Shown piece after piece: positions 25,860 through 31,468 of a stretch of DNA of 31,468 nucleotides (position 1 is the stretch's first letter; each line of letters begins with the position of its first letter). The stretch comes from Amoeboaphelidium protococcarum X5 (lineage: Eukaryota > Fungi > Aphelidiomycota). Where the stretch lies: positions 1 through 31,468 of the forward strand of contig JALDTO010000257.1 in the NCBI GenBank assembly GCA_023515725.1, in the 5' to 3' direction. The notes under the pieces were generated by a model, which was given only the letters and a program-made list of their open reading frames with translations, was not told where the DNA came from and did no database searches. The translations under genes and the position numbers were made by a program.

Positions 25860-27578
25860 ATGATTATGAAGATCAAGTAGAGATTCACATCCGCTCTTCT
25901 ATTAGTGCTTTGCCCTCAGCTTGTACACTGCACTGGCTCTTACTCAATTAGCATAGAAAGCGACTATTTGTCATGTAACATTGTAACTCCTTACTATGAT
26001 GGGTCTTCGTTGGATTCTCTATACATCAACTGTGAGGGATCGTATTTATCAAACTACGCCGACCTGATTGAAAGATTGTACGTATCCTCGTTTGGAACAC
26101 CGGAGATTAATGTTTACCGCGAGGCTGAGCTATCAACTAGTGGAAGTGTAAAATACAATGTGGGCTGTATGAGTTCGTCTCTGAGTAGTGTGAATAGAGG
26201 TTCAATAGTTTATGGTGGTACTTATAGCACTACTACCTCAAAGTCGGTCTTCATTAGCTCATCTTTTAGTTCGACTAGTGTGCCGGCGACATGGGATCAA
26301 TCTTTTACCGCTTTGTATAACGTTAGCTCTTGTTTTTAAACGTCATAAGGCAGGTTGGCTCTGGGTTCTACTGCAAGTGAAACTAATCCTTAAGCGAGAA
26401 GTCCTTACTTTCTGTATGCATCAGCGACGGTATCTGGGGTGTAGTATAAGATGACGTTCATCCCCAAGGACATGCGATTTGTCAAGGCTATCATAAACAA
26501 TTTCAATCTATTGGCCATTGGGCAAAATGACACGTGCTCCTTCTTTGCTAAATGGGATATGGGAACTGGTGAGTAGACGAGCTTCAAGACATTTTGCAGT
26601 GATGAAAATGATGGTACTGTGGTATTCAACGATTTGGTTTATGATAATTACAATCTCTACATTGTTGGTTATGCTAGAGGTGCGTTCATGGAATACAACA
26701 ACTTGCTCGACTATGGTATAGTCCTAAAATCCGACCTTAATGGAGTTGCGTCTCTGCACTACAGATACACCACATACAGATCGCAGTTTGTTGCCGCTGC
26801 AATTCATCCCACGTCTTTAGTACTGCACGTCACTGGTTGGCGTCAATTCACAACGTCTGACACGGATGTTTTGCTGGTGTAGTTCACCTCACCTGTCAGG
26901 GTCACTGCATATGGAAGTACTAGAATGGAGTATCCTACTGATATCGAGGTCACGTAGTCGGGTCATAGTGTTATCACCGGGTATTCTTAGCTGAGTTCCT
27001 TTGGTGCTACCAATGGGTTCATCCTGATTACCACTTCATCGGGAGCGTCATACAGCTCAAGCGGGGTATATGTAACGGGCACAACAAAAACTTCTAATAC
27101 TTCGGGCCGTGGTAGTACTTCATCAAGCTCTTTGGTTCCATTTTTTGTCATCTTCCCGATATTTATGGTTATCATCGTGCTGGTTTCTGTATGTATAAGA
27201 ATGAGATTGATGTCGAGGACTGGTATGCCTATGTTTACGTGCTGCGGTGTTCCACTTGGAAATCACCATATTCATAATCCATAAGCGCCATATGCACCGT
27301 CCGCTTATGGTCCAAATGCTGCGAACAATCCGTATAATCCCTATGCACCACAACCTGTCCCGGTCGTCGCTGCACCTTATCCACCCGGTAATGCTTAGTC
27401 ATTCTCACCCTATGCACCTGCTCCCTTTCAGTAATAGCCATTGCAGTATCCACCTCCACAACAGTATCGTCCACCATTGTAGCCGCAGCAATTTCAATAA
27501 GGCTATCCAGCCCCTTAGCCAGCCTTTGCTTCAGCTCCACCAATGGGTGAAGACTTGCCGGCATATTCGGCAATGTGA
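25860..27578 (+). CDS. Type I membrane protein A: signal peptide, beta-propeller-like ectodomain, TM, Pro/Tyr/Gln-rich tail with LPxY
   Basis: About 572 aa. MIMKIKQRFTSALLLVLCPQLVHC, repeated blade-like motifs (LYIVGY, LHVTGW, SVITGY, VYVTG), TM LVPFFVIFPIFMVIIVLVSVCI, tail ends EDLPAYSAM-TGA. Confidence 0.82.
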
Positions 27579-27796
27579 GACTCTTCAAAGGTAATGATGA
27601 ATAAATGATGATTCAGAGTAAAACATGTATACATGATGTATATCATTTTTCGATTAGTGTGTGTGTGTTGTTTCCCATTTATCAGCTGAAGGTGAGGTAT
27701 GATCTATTTTTAGACTTTATATACGGGCCATGTGATGTACTCATAAGTGGTTATTCTCTTCTCTGACGTAATACTTAGTGTAAATTCTACAAGATA

Positions 27797-29584
27797 ATGA
27801 AACATCAGTTATAAGTAAGTCTTCTTAGTGTATTACTTGGATAGTTGCGATATGATGTGCAATGTAATACGAACGTGCCTTTGATCGAACTCTCTGATGT
27901 CGGCGGATGTCATGCTTTAACATCACCCCGTCTCAATGATAGTGATGGCGGTGTGTATGTGGGATGTCAAAGTTACAAGAAGTCAAATCTTATGCAAATC
28001 AAACAGATATCCATAAATGAAGGTGAAACTCCGCGTGTATCAAGTGCGCGAATATTTGGCGACCCTCAAAGTTTTAGTTCACTGAGCTGCATGGATTACC
28101 TTCCTGATGGTGAGACTATGGTAGCAGGTGGTTATACTCAGGGTCAATTTGGATTAAGTTACAACCCGCCTGGTCAATCGTAAACTACAAGCGGCAATAA
28201 TTATAAAACAGAGAGGCAAGGTGGAATTGGCGATGGGCCTAATCTATTCACGTACATGAAAGATACTGATATGTCTGTGCAATGGCTGCCAGATTCTCCA
28301 ATGGGCAAGAGCTGGATTTAAATGTCCAATTGTGTCGTTGATCGAGGTTAAAATGGGTCTACAGCCATTTTCTCTGTAGGAGCTCATTAAGCTGTGTACA
28401 ATTCTTAGTAAAAGATTAGCAATGGCACAAGTAGCTACAATGGTTACATTTCTTCGTAATCGATTCTGTATAAACCATCCGTGTCATTTACTGATCCCAC
28501 CAACAGTAGTTACTATCTGGATTTAACTTTAGTCGATGATCAAAATCTAGTATGCACAGTGGGAGTCTACAATTATAGCGGATCCGCCGTGCAGTGCTTT
28601 AACAAGAGAACGTTACAGCTAGTAATGACGAAAGTATTCCTGGTTGATGATAGTGATAATGTCAGTGTTGCATAGTCTGCTATTGCAAAAGGTATTGTAT
28701 TGAATGCTATATAACATGACAAGGCTGCATAGATTCTATACGTGATGGGATCCATTAATGGCAAGTCATCGGAATTGAACGTCTCTGTACAGGATGGATA
28801 CTACCGCGCTGTGATGTTTTCAATGACTTTAAATGGTACTGTACAATGGAGCTCGACCTTTAATGATAAGTCATCATCATCATCATCGAGTACTTCTACA
28901 TTAAAGCCGTTTAAAGCCCCTAGGACGTCTTACTCCTCGGTATACGCGTCATTCTTGAAGCAGAGCACTGGCATGCTGTACGTGACTGGTATATACATTG
29001 AGGATATGCAGAATTCGGCATATCAATATGATTCTGACATATTCTACTCTGTGATAGATGCGAGAAATAGAACTACTCTGGCCACATACTACTACGGTCT
29101 TGATGACTATGACTCCCCGTCAGACATCACTGTGGCCGGAGATGATATAGTCATAATCAGTGGTTAGAGTGGGGTATCAGGCTTTATTCTACTGACCAAG
29201 GACGGTGTCAAGTTGACTGTGGCTTTAGATAATGACCAAGATTCTGATTTAACCAGGCGGTTGAGACAATTGGTTGCGGCACTGACTGTCATCTTTTAGA
29301 ATTTGGGTATTTTACTTTTAATATTGGGCTCTAGTTACGCATTCATCAGATACAAGTAACGCTATTCTGGATTCAATCGTTTCCTTAGAGAGCAGAATTC
29401 CCAGCGTAGTGCTAACAACAACATTCCACTATCACCAACCTCTTCAGGTCAAGGTGGTCATGTTGTCATTATAAATTTGTCTGGTGATAACTCTAGTTAG
29501 GCACAACGGTCCGTAGCAGAAGATCTGCCAAAGTATGAACGTAACAATCCAAATGATCCTAATCCACCTCCAGCTTACGGATGA
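27797..29584 (+). CDS. Type I membrane protein B: signal peptide, beta-propeller-like ectodomain, TM, tail with LPxY and PPxY
   Basis: 595 aa. MKHQLQVSLLSVLLGQLRYDVQC, blade-like motifs (VYVGC, MVAGGY, LYVMGS, LYVTGI, IVIISG), many N-x-S/T sites, TM LVAALTVIFQNLGILLLILGSSYAFI, tail EDLPKY..PPPAYG-TGA. Confidence 0.82.
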
Positions 29585-29697
29585 TGATTATGATGATGAT
29601 GGTGCTTATGATTAAGTTGATTGATTATAAAAATGCATTACATGAACATTTAAATTTCAAATCGATAATCTGGACTTTAATGCTAAACAGTACTTCA

Positions 29698-30864
29698 TCA
29701 TAACTTTAGTTTTCGCAATTACTCCAGATAGGATTAAATCTTGACAGACGACTGAGATTGCTTCTCAGGAGGATTAGAATCTTCCTTACTAATCTACTCA
29801 TTAATTTTAAGTAGGGAAGATACCTTGTTATAACTGCAATTCTAATCGCGCAAAATCTCAGCTCTAATACTTTCAACATTGTCCATTGAATAAGACTAAT
29901 CCTGAACCAAATTGGAGATTCGAGATCTAAGACTGTCAGAATCCACAAGGTCACCACCCGTAGTGTATTATCTAGACTGTATGCAATCAATGTAGTTCAT
30001 AATCTCCGAGCTGAAATCTTCAAAAGACTTTTAGAGATATTATGCCACATTTGCATAGAATGGTATAAATCTACTATCACTTAGAGCACCTCTTAACGTA
30101 TATAAAAGCGGCATAACTTAATCTGCTTCAAATTCCGACTGTTAAATTCCACTGTTAGTAGGCAATTAAGAATACAATCTAACAATATTCACCCACAAAC
30201 TCAGTATAGTATATCGCGTATCGTCGCTACTCTTCTATGATGACTGATATGATAAAGACACACTAAGAGGACTACCAGGGCCTTAATTTATAAAATTGTT
30301 CAATAGTAGAATTAGTTTAATGTCAAAGAGAGAAAGTCCATTGCAGCCGTAAAGTGATGGTCTATACGACAGATGTGGAAATAGTCGACGCAAATACAGA
30401 TCAACGTTCCATCCATTCAGCATCATTATCGATAAAATATCAAGACTATTACCAGCATCAATAACCAAATTACCACTTTGGATGGCATTATATATAGCAG
30501 GACATTTTTACACTATAACTTTTGGATATTTGTCATACTTGAAAGAAGTGCAACTGTCGATACTATTACTGTCCAACTAATTATTACTATACAATTTCAT
30601 TATCAAGTGCAAGATAACCACATCTCGCCAACTACTAACGGCATTATAAGCACTGTAGCAACTGTCAGACACTTCCAAAGACTTTACACACAACTGCAGA
30701 CTAGCTTCTAGATCACCTTGCTCAAATAACAATTTAGACATGTTCAATAGAATAACAGAATAAGACTGCAACTTCAGCTTGATACTCACCTCCTCATTGC
30801 CTTTTTTCTTCACCAAATCAAACGACTACTTATACTACAGCAATAAATCTTTATCTAACGTCAT
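29698..30864 (-). CDS. Hypothetical protein (388 aa)
   Basis: Uninterrupted ORF with TAR=Gln, MTLDKDLLLQYKQ...LEQLRKLKL-TGA-TGA. It joins ORF-track fragments 30283-30468 and 30577-30816. Possible TPR-like helix pair near the N-terminus. Confidence 0.7.
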
Positions 30865-31020
30865 ACTTTCTTAAACTGAATCTCAAAGCCAACAATAGGC
30901 TGAAAGTTGAATATAAACAGGGTAGCGATTTAAGTTCTTTCTAAGTACTAAATTGGTCGAGAAATGAGAAAAATGAATGCGCGACGAAGAACTTTTTGGC
31001 TTAACGACAGTCGCACGATT

Positions 31021-31038
31021 TCATCATCATCATCATCA
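31021..31038. repeat. (TCA)6 microsatellite in a divergent intergenic region
   Basis: tcatcatcatcatcatca seen directly. Confidence 0.8.
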
Positions 31039-31099
31039 TTGTTACTTCACATTGCCCAATCATATATCGCCCATATACAATTTAATCGTTCGTGTCGGA

Positions 31100-31468
31100 A
31101 TGCTAAGAATTGGAAATATAGTCAGATTCAGTAAATCGCTGTAGTCAGCAAAATGTATAATTACGAGGCGAACGGTTTTTATCCAGTCAGTAAAGACTCC
31201 GAATGAGAATAGCTTAATCTTCAAGCCGGTATTTAAGAACTCTGCCAAGACTATTCTGCCGCAAGTTACCAATTCCTCATCCTCTAGCGGTCAAGATCCA
31301 GATTCTACCACCTTATAATAACAATAATAATAACACGCGGTGAGTAATGCGTATGAATTCATGTCCTTGGCAGAGGCGAAGAATTGTCGTTTGGCTGCAG
31401 AGATACTCACCATCCCGTCGGTAAAGTCTATGATGATTGGTCGTGATTTCATCTCTGTGCGTGTTGAT
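31100..31468 (+). CDS. NFU1: Mitochondrial Fe-S cluster scaffold NFU1 (5' part, runs off the window end)
   Basis: Presequence MLRIGNIVRFSKSLQSAKCIITRRT, then VFIQSVKTPNENSLIFKP...YEF..LAAEILTIPSVKSMMIGRDFISV (Nfu N-terminal domain). Confidence 0.85.

Noticed and set aside
27123-27594. His-rich ORF 27247-27594 and antisense ORFs 27123-27353 and 27235-27588
   Set aside because: Alternative-frame readings of the Pro/Tyr/Gln-rich tail of membrane protein A.

Overview
Gene-dense eukaryotic (fungus-like) genomic window with about 23 protein-coding genes in 31.5 kb, short intergenic spacers and a few small (43-61 nt) GT-AG introns. The supplied ORF track is fragmented because the DNA uses a non-standard code: TAA/TAG read as Gln and TGA is the only stop. 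That code with fungal-type genes best fits an aphelid such as Amoeboaphelidium protococcarum (inference). Re-read in that code, the window encodes LCB1, an Nrg1-like C2H2 factor, a DHHC-family palmitoyltransferase with a CHHC motif, a putatively myristoylated LRR protein, a DUF2039 protein, IMP4, an EEP phosphodiesterase, AdoMetDC (candidate uORFs), CTU2, PPOX, a class-3 lipase, bL28m, Prp38 with a C-terminal HIND, a hidden 77-aa ORF, CPOX, a membrane-anchored non-RD kinase with almost no ectodomain, RGP1, a PUDP-like HAD, two tandem type-I membrane proteins with PY-motif tails, two hypothetical proteins and the 5' part of NFU1. The most speculative system is a split receptor: kinase-less surface proteins plus an ectodomain-less transmembrane kinase. 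All translations and family calls were made by hand from motifs, without database searches.
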